DNA of 64,000 nucleotides from Syntrophales bacterium (GTDB taxonomy: Bacteria > Desulfobacterota > Syntrophia > Syntrophales > UBA2210): the NCBI GenBank assembly GCA_963662405.2, contig CAXXKT010000002.1, forward strand, positions 96,001-160,000, read 5' to 3'. Shown in pieces: positions 10,122 to 20,069 of the stretch. The notes beneath the pieces are model-generated. The model was not told the DNA's origin. It did no database searches and saw only the letters and a list, made by a program, of their open reading frames with translations. The first letter of the stretch is position 1; every line of letters starts with the position of its first letter. The position numbers and the translations under genes were made by a program.

Positions 10122-10375
10122 GCTATCTCCTCCTTATGATTGTTTCTTTCGATTTCCCTTTATCTTTCCGTCCGTCACTCCGGATGCACGGCATAGAAGA
10201 TACAAGAGGTGCATTGAACAACGCCATTCCGGGTCTCTCCATCTTCCACACCTCATGCGGATTATTGTGTGTGAAGAATGGGTCGTATTTCTTAAAACTG
10301 CAGGAGATCCTCGACATGGTGTATTACGTAACTCTGCAGTTATGCAACGCCTCTTATATTCTTATATTTAATATG

Positions 10376-10399
10376 TTAAATTCTTAAATTCTTAAATTC
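10376..10399. repeat. Tandem repeat (TTAAATTC)x3 in AT-rich divergent intergenic region
   Basis: Read directly from the sequence. Confidence 0.7.
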
Positions 10400-10630
10400 T
10401 ATATCACTTCTTTGTGCCATCGGGTTTTGGCATAGATTCACACCGGGCAATGCAACGGAGATACCGCCTTTCTCTGCCTCTCAAGCATCCGTCACGTTTT
10501 CCCCCTTGCCTTCGATTGGTAGTTATGTCAGTATCATCAATCGTGAGAAGGTATCGGGCAGCGAATGCTCCCACTCCATAACGAATCAAGATACGTAATA
10601 CTGATTGCCGCAGGTTCGAGGTTATCGTAT

Positions 10631-10858
10631 ATGGGTGCTCTCTTCTGGTGGGTATCGAAAGTTTTTATCGGACTGGTTTCCCTCTTTTTCTTTGTCCGGG
10701 GAGTCTCGGTGCTCATAGACTCCTATACCCTTACCAACCCCCTTGAGTTTATCATGTATTTCTTTTCATCAAGCATGCTCATCCTGATAAGTCTGGTGGG
10801 TATTATCTATTCATTCTTCAGAATCCTGAAAAGGGTCAAGGGGGAAGCTGTTCGATGA
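10631..10858 (+). CDS. Small two-TM membrane protein
   Basis: Two hydrophobic segments; ATGA overlap with the next gene. Confidence 0.6.
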   Translation: MGALFWWVSKVFIGLVSLFFFVRGVSVLIDSYTLTNPLEFIMYFFSSSMLILISLVGIIYSFFRILKRVKGEAVR

Positions 10859-12378
10859 TTTCCCGAGGTATTTTTGCAAGAAGCTTCATGAAGGCCACCG
10901 TTGTTACATTCGCCACCACACTCCTTTTATTGTCGTTTTTTCTCACACCCTGCAACGCCTATGATCTATCCGAGAAGGTCAGGGAGTGTACCCTCGAAAA
11001 CGGGGTCAGGGTCCTGATCGTCGAACGACACGCCGGCCCGACCGTCGCCCTGTACATCAGTCACCCCACCGGAGCCATAGACGACCAAACAGGCTGCACG
11101 GGGACCGCCCACTTCCTCGAACACCTGCGCTTCAAGGGAACAGAGACCATCGGTACACGGGACTTTGATGCGGAGAAGGTGATCCTCGGGAAGATATACG
11201 AGACGGGGGATGCCCTCGACGCTGAAGAGGCAAAAGACAAGGCCGCCGACCCACAAAAGGTGCTGGCGCTTCGTGAGCGTCTTGAGGGTCTGCAGAAAGA
11301 TGCGCTGAAATTCACCATCCCTGGGGAACTGGATCGCCTCTACACGGAAAACGGCGGGGGGGCTCTCAATGCCTTTACAGGTCAGGACCTGACCACCTAT
11401 CACGTGAGCCTGCCTGCAAACAGGATAGCACTGTGGGCGAGGATAGAGTCGGACCGGCTGGCCAATCCCGTTTTCCGTGAATTTTATTCGGAACGCGACG
11501 TGATACTGGAGGAACGGAACCAGCGGGTTGCCTCCAACCCCGACGGGAAGCTCATGGAACAATTTATGGCCGCTGCCTTTGTGGCTCATCCCTATCGAAG
11601 ACCCGTCCTGGGGTGGAAATCGGACATGCGCTTTCTGAATATGAATTGCATATCTGCCTTTTTCAAGAACTATTATACTCCCGATAACACCATCATCACG
11701 ATCGTGGGAGATGTCTCCCCGGAAAAAACGATGGAGATTGTTCGGCGTTATTTTGGTTCGCTCCCCAGTCGCACCGTACCGCCGCGTTATGTGACTCAAG
11801 AGCCTCCACAGGCGGGAGAGAGACGCGTGGAGGTGACCTTCGACGCCGCCCCCCGTCTCATCATCGGTTATCACAAACCCACCCTCCCCTCTTACGACGA
11901 CTGTGTCTTCGATGCGATCGACACGATCCTGTCCGAAGGGAGAACCTCGAGGTTTTATAGGGTGCTGGTGGAAGAGCACGGCATCGCCGCCTCAGTGAAG
12001 ACGGCGAACGGCTATCCGGGTGCCGGTTATCCGAACCTCTTCGTCGTTTTCGCTGAACCCATGACCCCTCACACCACCCGTGAGTTGGAGGATGCTATCT
12101 ACGGGGAACTGGACCGCTTAAAACGGGAGCCCGTGAATCCAAAAGAGCTTGAAAAAGCAAAGAATATCCTCAAGACAGATCTCCTGCGGGGCATGGCCAC
12201 CAATACCGGTCTTGCCGGAATGCTTTCCTATTATGAGACAGTGGCGGGAGACTGGCGGTACATCATGACGTTCCTTGATCTTCTGGAAAAGATTACCCCG
12301 GAAGATATCATGAGGACCGCGCAACAATATCTGGCCCGGGATAACAGAACGGTCGCCACACTGGTGAAAGACGAATGA
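10855..12378 (+). CDS. M16 (pitrilysin) zinc peptidase, catalytic subunit, exported
   Basis: Signal peptide; HFLEH inverted zincin; NAFT; HPYRRP. Confidence 0.92.
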   Translation: MISRGIFARSFMKATVVTFATTLLLLSFFLTPCNAYDLSEKVRECTLENGVRVLIVERHAGPTVALYISHPTGAIDDQTGCTGTAHFLEHLRFKGTETIGTRDFDAEKVILGKIYETGDALDAEEAKDKAADPQKVLALRERLEGLQKDALKFTIPGELDRLYTENGGGALNAFTGQDLTTYHVSLPANRIALWARIESDRLANPVFREFYSERDVILEERNQRVASNPDGKLMEQFMAAAFVAHPYRRPVLGWKSDMRFLNMNCISAFFKNYYTPDNTIITIVGDVSPEKTMEIVRRYFGSLPSRTVPPRYVTQEPPQAGERRVEVTFDAAPRLIIGYHKPTLPSYDDCVFDAIDTILSEGRTSRFYRVLVEEHGIAASVKTANGYPGAGYPNLFVVFAEPMTPHTTRELEDAIYGELDRLKREPVNPKELEKAKNILKTDLLRGMATNTGLAGMLSYYETVAGDWRYIMTFLDLLEKITPEDIMRTAQQYLARDNRTVATLVKDE

Positions 12379-13787
12379 AAAGAATCTCAATATATATGTT
12401 GTTCCTTCTTCTATGCCTCTCTTCGTGTGCGTGGCAGGGCACGGTACCGATTGATCCCGACGAGATTACCTATCCGCCCCTCCGGTTCGAACCCCCGCAG
12501 ACACAGAGAACAGAACTTGCAAACGGAATAGTCCTGTACCTCCTGGAGGATCACGAACTGCCTTTCGTGAACCTGTCGGCAGTGGTGAGGATGGGATCAT
12601 ACTACGATCCGACGGGCAAGGAGGGACTGGCGGATCTGACGGGGACCGTTATGCGTACCGGCGGGACCCGGTCGATGACGGGCGATGAACTTGATGATGC
12701 ACTGGATCTGATTGCTGCGGAGGTGAGCATTGCAGTGGGGACCGAGTCGTGCACCGTTTCACTCTCCGTTCTCAGGGAGAACCTCGACAAGGGGCTTGAG
12801 CTCCTCTCGGACATATTGATGAATCCGGTCTTCGAAGAAGAAAAAGTTGTACTGGCCAAGTCTCTCGAGACGGAGGATCTCCGAAGGATTCGTGACAACC
12901 CCCAGCGGAGCGCCTTCAGGAAATTCCGCCGTCTCATCTACGAGGGAGATTCCCGGGGAAGGGTCCCCACCATCTCATCGATTGAAAAGATCCAGCGGGA
13001 GGATATGGTTGCATTTCACCGGCGGTTCTTTCACCCCACCAACACCATGATAGCGGTATCGGGTGATATAGAAAAAGATGCACTCCTTGAGAAGATACCG
13101 TCATGTCTGGGGGGATGGGTCGGCACCCTGCACGCCGATGGGACCGCTCCCGCACCGGCGCCGGCACGCGCGTCTCTCGATTATTTCTACAAGGACACGC
13201 CTCAGTCAGTGATCCTCCTGGGGTACCCGGCCCCCGGGAAAGAAAACCCTGACTATTACACCTTCGAGGTGCTTGATTTCATCATCGGGAGTGGTGGGTT
13301 TCGTTCCCGTATCTTCGGCGAGGTTCGAAACCGCCTGGGACTCGCTTACAGTGCCGGCAGTTTCTACTCTCCCCGTACCCGCTTCGGCATTTTCGGTACC
13401 TACGCAATGGTCAAGGGGGCATCAACCCTGGATGCCCTCGGCGCCGTCGTGAGGATTCTGAATGAAATCAAAGCCGAGGGTGTGCATCCGGAAGAGCTTG
13501 CCTGGGCTAAGGAATCCCTTATAAACGGTTTTGTCTTTTCCTTTGCCACATCGGACCGGATCGTTACGGGTCAGATGATGCTGGAATATGAGGGGCTTTC
13601 CGATAAATTCTTGACAAGATATAAAAATAATATAGAAAAAGTAACGTTAACCGATATAACGGATGTCGCATCGCGATATCTCTCGGATGATAACAGGATT
13701 GTACTCGTCCTCGGCGACCGAAAACGATTTGCCAGGCCCCTTTCCTCATTTGGCGACTTTCGGGTAACCGAGGTAGAAAAACAGTGA
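12375..13787 (+). CDS. M16 peptidase, non-catalytic subunit, lipoprotein
   Basis: Lipobox LSSC; lacks HxxEH; SRIFGEVRNRLGLAYS. Confidence 0.9.
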   Translation: MKRISIYMLFLLLCLSSCAWQGTVPIDPDEITYPPLRFEPPQTQRTELANGIVLYLLEDHELPFVNLSAVVRMGSYYDPTGKEGLADLTGTVMRTGGTRSMTGDELDDALDLIAAEVSIAVGTESCTVSLSVLRENLDKGLELLSDILMNPVFEEEKVVLAKSLETEDLRRIRDNPQRSAFRKFRRLIYEGDSRGRVPTISSIEKIQREDMVAFHRRFFHPTNTMIAVSGDIEKDALLEKIPSCLGGWVGTLHADGTAPAPAPARASLDYFYKDTPQSVILLGYPAPGKENPDYYTFEVLDFIIGSGGFRSRIFGEVRNRLGLAYSAGSFYSPRTRFGIFGTYAMVKGASTLDALGAVVRILNEIKAEGVHPEELAWAKESLINGFVFSFATSDRIVTGQMMLEYEGLSDKFLTRYKNNIEKVTLTDITDVASRYLSDDNRIVLVLGDRKRFARPLSSFGDFRVTEVEKQ

Positions 13788-13809
13788 TACGGAGCAAGAG
13801 GGATGAATC

Positions 13810-15054
13810 GTGGTTGACCGGGAGTTCTTTGATCGAATCAGCACGCGAATCGATTCGTACGCCGACGGGATGATAGCGCTGCAAACCGCCTTGACGGCCA
13901 TACCGGCGCTGGCGCCCGAAAGCGGAGGAAACGGTGAATACCGGAAGTCACGCTACCTCATGGAGCATCTCGCCGAGATGGGGTTTGACGATATTACCTC
14001 TTTCGATGCCCCCGACAGCCGGGTGGTCTCGGGATGTCGTCCGAACATTACCGTTACTCTCCCCGGGAGCAACCACCAAAAGACGGTGTGGATCCTGACG
14101 CACATGGATGTGGTCCCCCCCGGTGAGTTGGCGTTATGGGATCACGACCCCTATCAGGCATATGTAAAGGACGGAAGGATATACGGGAGAGGAACGGAGG
14201 ACAATCAACAGGACCTCGTCGCCTCCATCTTCGCGGCCAGGGCCTTTCTTGACGAGGGTATCCAACCCGGATTCTCGGTGGGTCTTGCGTTTGTTGCAGA
14301 TGAGGAGACATCAAGCCAAAAGGGGTTGGCCTATCTTCTCGGGCTGAAAAAAAAGATCTTTAAAAAGAATGATCTGATCGTCGTCCCCGATTTCGGGAAC
14401 GACGATGGATCCATGATCGAGGTAGCGGAAAAGAGCATCCTATGGCTGCGCGTGAGAACAAGCGGGGTGCAGTGTCACGCGAGCAGGCCTGAGGTGGGGA
14501 AAAACGCCTTTGCCGCCGCGTCGCACCTAGTCGCAACGTTGAGTGATCTGTATCGGATATTCGATCGGAGCGATCCATTATACACGCCCCCGACAAGTAC
14601 CTTCGAACCGACGAAGAAAGAGGCGAATGTCCCCAACATCAACACCATACCGGGAGATGATGTTTTTTACCTCGACTGCCGTATCCTCCCCGATCACAGC
14701 CTGGTCGAGGTGATGACGGAGATCCGGGCAAGGGCGGATCGGGTGGAAGAGAGATTCGATGTAACCATAGACATCGTCCCGGTTCAGATTGTAGAGGCAC
14801 CTGCCCCCACGGACAGAAATGCCCCTGTGGTAGCGGCCCTTTCGAAGGCAATACGGGACGTCTACGGTGTAAAGGCTCTCCCCGGCGGGGTCGGGGGCGG
14901 TACCGTAGCGGCCCACCTGAGGGAGCACGGGTACCCGGTCGCGGTATGGAGCAAACTGGAAGGAATGGCGCACCAGCCGAACGAGTCCTGCTCCATCGCC
15001 AACATGATAGGGAACGCCAAGGTGTTCGCCCATCTTTTCCTGGGCGATGGGTGA
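13810..15054 (+). CDS. M20 family metallohydrolase (DapE/ArgE-like)
   Basis: HMDVVP, GRGTEDN, DEE, HASRP, AHQPNE. Confidence 0.9.
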   Translation: MVDREFFDRISTRIDSYADGMIALQTALTAIPALAPESGGNGEYRKSRYLMEHLAEMGFDDITSFDAPDSRVVSGCRPNITVTLPGSNHQKTVWILTHMDVVPPGELALWDHDPYQAYVKDGRIYGRGTEDNQQDLVASIFAARAFLDEGIQPGFSVGLAFVADEETSSQKGLAYLLGLKKKIFKKNDLIVVPDFGNDDGSMIEVAEKSILWLRVRTSGVQCHASRPEVGKNAFAAASHLVATLSDLYRIFDRSDPLYTPPTSTFEPTKKEANVPNINTIPGDDVFYLDCRILPDHSLVEVMTEIRARADRVEERFDVTIDIVPVQIVEAPAPTDRNAPVVAALSKAIRDVYGVKALPGGVGGGTVAAHLREHGYPVAVWSKLEGMAHQPNESCSIANMIGNAKVFAHLFLGDG

Positions 15055-15083
15055 TACATGACTTGATGGATAAGGAGGCACGA

Positions 15084-15590
15084 ATGAAACAACCGAATGC
15101 TTCAGGAGGTAGAAAAAGCGTTGTCATCATCGAAAAGGACGGCCAGTGCCTGATGGATATCAGGACGGTCCTGACGGACGATCCCGATGTGACGATTGTC
15201 GGTGAATGCGCAGATCTCCCTGCGGCCACAACCCTTTTTATGGAAAAGATGGACGCGATACCTGACGTCATTATCACCTGCCTTGAGATTTTGAAGGAGG
15301 CGGTGGCGAGTGATGCCGGGGCTCTGATGGATTTGAAGGAACGGATGACGGGCGCCAAACTGATCGTCACGAGTGACCGATTTGCTGATGAAGAGATTTT
15401 TCGTATGGTAAACGAGGGGGTACGAGGATTCTTCCTCAAAGGGACACCCCCAAATCTCATCAAACGATGTATTGAGGTGGTGTCATCCGGCGGCATATGG
15501 ATGGACAATTCGTTTATCGCCAGGGTTTTCGAAGAGGTCGCACGCTGCAATGTGGCAGCGGGACCGCAAGACAGCTTATCGGGGAATTGA
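15084..15590 (+). CDS. Atypical receiver-only protein (no HTH), paralog of the next gene
   Basis: Shares EEIFRMVxEGxxGFF and CIxVVSxGxxWMD...RVFEE with 15601..16338; RBS AAGGAGG. Confidence 0.75.
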   Translation: MKQPNASGGRKSVVIIEKDGQCLMDIRTVLTDDPDVTIVGECADLPAATTLFMEKMDAIPDVIITCLEILKEAVASDAGALMDLKERMTGAKLIVTSDRFADEEIFRMVNEGVRGFFLKGTPPNLIKRCIEVVSSGGIWMDNSFIARVFEEVARCNVAAGPQDSLSGN

Positions 15591-15600
15591 GGAGGTCCTG

Positions 15601-16338
15601 ATGGAAACCGAACGAAGAGACACGATACGGGTCGTCATCTTTGATGAAGACAACACCTTCCTTGATGCTCTGGGGGAAACGATCGCAACCGCGCCAGACA
15701 TAGAGATTGTTGACACACGCGGGACATTGGAGAGCGCCAAGGAATTCATCATTGGGGTCCGGGAACACCTCGATCTGATCCTCGTCAGCTTCAATATGCT
15801 CAAGGAGGTAGTGGCCTCGGACATGGAAACGCTGATGAGCCTGAAGGCAAATTTTCCCGGTACCCGGGTCGTTGTCATGGGAGAACGATACGCCGAGGAA
15901 GAAATATTTCGCATGGTTCAGGAGGGGATTAAGGGCTTCTTCGTCAAGGGAGATATCTCATCCGACTTTATCATCAAGTGTATCCGCGTCGTTTCAGAGG
16001 GACAGGTTTGGATGGATGCAAAACTCGTGAGCCGGGTCTTTGAAGAATTCTCACGTTACTACAGTCATGAGGAGGGAGAAATCAGATCGCCATCCCCCCA
16101 GGAAACGGATCGTCTGGCGCTTCTCACAAAGAGAGAGATGGAATTGCTGGAACTTGTGTCCATGAGTCTCAAAAACGATGAAATAGCAGATCGACTATTC
16201 ATAAGCACCAAGACGGTCAAGACTCACATACGAAATATCTTTGAGAAGCTGGGCTCCCGGAACAGGGTAGACGCTACCCTCCTCTATATCGGGGCCTCGA
16301 AGCGACGTTCACAAGTCGCGCAACATATTGAGCATTGA
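15601..16338 (+). CDS. NarL/LuxR-type regulator with atypical receiver domain
   Basis: LTKREMELL...NDEIADRLFISTKTVKTHIRNIFEKL LuxR HTH; RBS GGAGG. Confidence 0.88.
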   Translation: METERRDTIRVVIFDEDNTFLDALGETIATAPDIEIVDTRGTLESAKEFIIGVREHLDLILVSFNMLKEVVASDMETLMSLKANFPGTRVVVMGERYAEEEIFRMVQEGIKGFFVKGDISSDFIIKCIRVVSEGQVWMDAKLVSRVFEEFSRYYSHEEGEIRSPSPQETDRLALLTKREMELLELVSMSLKNDEIADRLFISTKTVKTHIRNIFEKLGSRNRVDATLLYIGASKRRSQVAQHIEH

Positions 16339-16375
16339 AGGGTTCCGGGATCGATTTTCGGAGAAAATGATACTA

Positions 16376-17233
16376 TCATTCTGATTCTGTCATCCGGACA
16401 ATAGCCTCCGACAGGCGGCCGAACTCTTCGACCGTAAGGGTTTCGCCTCTCCTCCCGCCGTCAATGCCCGCGCCGGCAAGGAGCGAGGGAATATCCGTTC
16501 CTGCCCTGCGGATACACGCCATGCCCTTCAGGTTATTCGTCAGTGTTTTTCTCCGCTGTGCAAAAGCCGCTTTTACCGTCTCGATAAATACCTCGTGTTT
16601 TCCGATGGGATGGAGGGGGACGTCACGCATCTCCAGTTTCACTACGGCGGAGTCCACTTTTGGTACCGGGTAGAAACAGGTGGCCGGAACCGTCATCAGC
16701 CGTGAGACCGCCGCATACATCGAGATGATGACGGAGGGAATTCCGTACTCCTTCGTCGAGGGGAGAGCCGTAATGCGCTCCGCAACCTCTTTTTGAACCA
16801 TCAGGGTCACCGAGGAAATGTGTTGTCTGAATTCGAGCAGACGAAAGAGGATCTGCGATGAAATGTTATATGGAATGTTACCGATGACCTTGATCTTCCC
16901 CCTGCCTTCGAGGGGAAATGAAAAGTCATACCTCAGGACATCGACATGGTGAATCTCGACATTGGGAATCCCGCTCAGTTCGCTCCTCAGGACCGCTATC
17001 AGTGCCGGGTCCACCTCGATGGCCATGACTTTCCGCACCATCGGTGCGATCAGGGCCGTCATAACACCCAGACCCGCCCCGATCTCGACGACGGTGTCTT
17101 CCTCCTCGACCCCCGAAGATTCCGCGATCATGGCGGTAATATTGTTGTCCACAAGAAAGGATTGCCCGAGGCGCTTTGCCGGATGGATCCGGTATTTTCT
17201 GAGGATTGCACGTGGCGATTTCATTGATTGCAT
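16376..17233 (-). CDS. rsmA: 16S rRNA m6,2A1518/1519 dimethyltransferase
   Basis: KRLGQSFL, EIGAGLG, NIPYNIS, PKVDS, QRRKTL. Confidence 0.95.
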   Translation of the reverse strand: MQSMKSPRAILRKYRIHPAKRLGQSFLVDNNITAMIAESSGVEEEDTVVEIGAGLGVMTALIAPMVRKVMAIEVDPALIAVLRSELSGIPNVEIHHVDVLRYDFSFPLEGRGKIKVIGNIPYNISSQILFRLLEFRQHISSVTLMVQKEVAERITALPSTKEYGIPSVIISMYAAVSRLMTVPATCFYPVPKVDSAVVKLEMRDVPLHPIGKHEVFIETVKAAFAQRRKTLTNNLKGMACIRRAGTDIPSLLAGAGIDGGRRGETLTVEEFGRLSEAIVRMTESE

Positions 17234-17285
17234 CGGGATACGGCTTTCCCTGATTCGGTATCTTGTCCAATGGCTATTCGGGCGG

Positions 17286-18284
17286 TCAATCGAGCGGCCA
17301 CCGCGATACCGCGTTGAGCCCGAGATCGGACCTCTTCCCTTTGCTTAAGAGGCTGTCGCCGACGACGGCAATCATGGCGGCATTGTCGGTACACAGGACA
17401 GGGGGTGGGACAAACACCTCGACCCCTTTTTTTGACCCGTCATCCCGAAAGCGCTGGCGTAGCCGTCCGTTCGAGGCCACGCCACCGCACACAACAACCC
17501 GCGGGACATCGGCATCTGCTGCGGCCTTCAAGGTCTTTTCCACGAGGACATCGACGATGGCCTCTTGATAACTTGCCGCAATATCGGGCACCTCTGTATC
17601 GGATATGGGTTTTCCCCTGCCCTTGATATAGCTTAAAAGAGATGTCTTCAGGCCACTGAAACTGAATTCAACACTCCCCTTCATCGCGCGGGGAAACGAA
17701 ATAGCCCCGGGGTTCCCGTCCCTCGCGATCCGGTCAATCACCACTCCTCCGGGGTAACCGAGATCCAACATCCGGGCGGCCTTGTCGAAGGCCTCCCCCG
17801 CCGCGTCATCCCTCGTCTGTCCGAGTATCTGGAAATCGCCGAAGTCCTTGGCAAGATAGATATGCGTGTGTCCCCCGGAAACCACCAGAGCGACGAAGGG
17901 AAACTCAGGTTTCCGGTCGGCAAGAAAGATGGCACCGATATGCCCCTCTATGTGATTGACCCCTACAAAGGGGATTCCCGCGGCACAGGCCATTGCCTTG
18001 GCTACCGAGAGGCCGACGAGGAGAGAGCCGACGAGCCCGGGCCCTCTCGTCGCGGCGATCCCTTCGATATCGGTTATTGATATGCCCGCATTGTCCAGTG
18101 CCTGTCTCACCACCGGGACAATCGATTCGATATGCTTCCGGGAAGCGATCTCCGGAACGACCCCTCCGTATCTGCTGTGGATATCGATCTGTGATGCAAT
18201 AACGTTAGAGAGTGCCTCGGAACCGTCTGAAACCACCGCAGCTGAGGTTTCATCACATGATGATTCTATACCGAGTATCAGCAT
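17286..18284 (-). CDS. tsaD: tRNA N6-adenosine threonylcarbamoyltransferase
   Basis: GIESSCDET, GGVVPEIASRKH, HIEGH, SGGHT, TDNAAMIA. Confidence 0.97.
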   Translation of the reverse strand: MLILGIESSCDETSAAVVSDGSEALSNVIASQIDIHSRYGGVVPEIASRKHIESIVPVVRQALDNAGISITDIEGIAATRGPGLVGSLLVGLSVAKAMACAAGIPFVGVNHIEGHIGAIFLADRKPEFPFVALVVSGGHTHIYLAKDFGDFQILGQTRDDAAGEAFDKAARMLDLGYPGGVVIDRIARDGNPGAISFPRAMKGSVEFSFSGLKTSLLSYIKGRGKPISDTEVPDIAASYQEAIVDVLVEKTLKAAADADVPRVVVCGGVASNGRLRQRFRDDGSKKGVEVFVPPPVLCTDNAAMIAVVGDSLLSKGKRSDLGLNAVSRWPLD

Positions 18285-18402
18285 TTCCCCTCCGGGGATC
18301 CGTGTCCCCTCTGATTGGCCGACACTTTGAGCTTGAAAGTTGACCTGGATGGGGTATATAGGAAAGCCGGTTGTTTGTAAATATAAAACAAGGATTTTAC
18401 AG

Positions 18403-20016
18403 ATGGAGAAAGTCTACGATTTCCTGGTTCTGGGCAGCGGTATTGCCGGCCTTTCATTTGCCATCAAGGCTGCGGATCTGGGAAGCGTCGCCGTGGTCAC
18501 GAAAAAAAGCAAGGTCGAATCGAACACCAACTATGCCCAGGGTGGAATCGCCGCCGTCACCGACAACAATGACAGCTTCGAATCACATATACAAGATACC
18601 CTGAAGAGCGGAGCGGGACTGTGTAAGGAGGATGTGGTACGAGTTGTGGTCAGTGAAGGCCCCGAGCGGATAAGAGAGCTTATTGAGTGGGGGGTGCACT
18701 TCACAAAAGCGGAGAGCAACGGTGCGGATACCTATGACCTGGGGCGCGAGGGTGGACACAGTCGCAGGAGGGTCCTCCATGCGGACGACCTGACCGGCCG
18801 AGAGATCGAGAGAGCCCTCATCGAAAAGGCGGCTTCAAAGAAAGATATCACGATCTATGAAAATTATTTCTCCATCGACCTGATCAGTAAATCAAAGATC
18901 ACCGGCAGGGAAGAGAAAAACGATCGCTGTCTTGGCGCCTATGTCTTTGATGTCGAAAACAATACCGTCCACACCTTCAGGGCAAAATTCGTCCTTCTCG
19001 CCACCGGTGGGTCGGGCAAGGTCTACCTGATCACCACAAACCCCGATATAGCCACCGGTGACGGAGTCGCCATGGCCTATCGGGCGGGTGCCCGGATCGC
19101 CAATATGGGATTCATCCAGTTTCATCCCACCTGTCTCTACCACCCCGAGGCAAAATCATTTCTCATAAGCGAGGCCGTCCGGGGGGAAGGCGGGGTGCTG
19201 CGGCTCAAGAGCGGCGCCACCTTCATGGAGAGATATCATTCGATGGCATCCCTGGCCCCGCGGGACGTCGTCGCCCAGGCGATAGACACGGAACTGAAGA
19301 AATCGGGGGACGAGTATGTCCTCCTCGATATTACACACAAAGACAAAGGATTTCTCCTGAAGAGATTTCCGTACATCTATAACCGTTGCCTCGATTTCGG
19401 GATCGACATGGCCGTTGACCCCATCCCGGTGGTCCCGGCGGCCCACTACCAGTGCGGCGGTGTCCTGGTCAATCCCTCCGCGGAAACCTCCATGGCAGGA
19501 CTTTTCGCGTGCGGAGAGGTGGCCTGCACCGGCCTTCACGGTGCCAACCGCCTCGCGAGCAACTCCCTCCTGGAGGCCCTTGTCTTCGCACATCGAGCCT
19601 TCAAGCGAGTCAAAGATCTCTTTCCGACCGTAGAGAACGATACTATTCCCATTCCCCCGTGGGACCCGAAGGATGCAACCGAAAGTGATGAGTCGATCGT
19701 CGTTTCGAACAACTGGGAAGAGATTCGCATGTGCATGTGGAATTACGTGGGAATCGTACGATCCGACAAAAGGCTGGAACGGGCGAAGCGGCGAATCGAT
19801 ATGATTATAGCGGAGATAGAAGAATACTATCATAATTTTACCATAACTGCTAATCTACTTGAACTGCGGAACATCGCCACCGTTGCCAGTGTCATTATCG
19901 AGTGCTCACGTTCAAGGAAAGAGAGCCGCGGACTCCATTACAATCTTGACTATCCCGACAGAGATGATATCAACTGGGCAAGGGATACGATCGTACAGAA
20001 GAATTCAACAAGGTAG
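18403..20016 (+). CDS. nadB: L-aspartate oxidase
   Basis: GSGIAGL, YAQGGIA, EGGHS, QFHPT, GLHGANRLASNSL, ESRGLH. Confidence 0.95.
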   Translation: MEKVYDFLVLGSGIAGLSFAIKAADLGSVAVVTKKSKVESNTNYAQGGIAAVTDNNDSFESHIQDTLKSGAGLCKEDVVRVVVSEGPERIRELIEWGVHFTKAESNGADTYDLGREGGHSRRRVLHADDLTGREIERALIEKAASKKDITIYENYFSIDLISKSKITGREEKNDRCLGAYVFDVENNTVHTFRAKFVLLATGGSGKVYLITTNPDIATGDGVAMAYRAGARIANMGFIQFHPTCLYHPEAKSFLISEAVRGEGGVLRLKSGATFMERYHSMASLAPRDVVAQAIDTELKKSGDEYVLLDITHKDKGFLLKRFPYIYNRCLDFGIDMAVDPIPVVPAAHYQCGGVLVNPSAETSMAGLFACGEVACTGLHGANRLASNSLLEALVFAHRAFKRVKDLFPTVENDTIPIPPWDPKDATESDESIVVSNNWEEIRMCMWNYVGIVRSDKRLERAKRRIDMIIAEIEEYYHNFTITANLLELRNIATVASVIIECSRSRKESRGLHYNLDYPDRDDINWARDTIVQKNSTR

Positions 20017-20069
20017 TTCACACATCGATCCAAATCAAAGGGGGGGCGTGAATCATCAACGAACGCAAC

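Noticed and set aside
10123..10317. 64-aa ORF or riboswitch upstream of the DCCP operon
   Set aside because: No recognisable protein motif, and no cobalamin or SAM riboswitch consensus identified by eye
15588..15603. TGA read-through joining the two receiver genes
   Set aside because: The 10-nt gap puts them out of frame, and the second gene has its own GGAGG RBS
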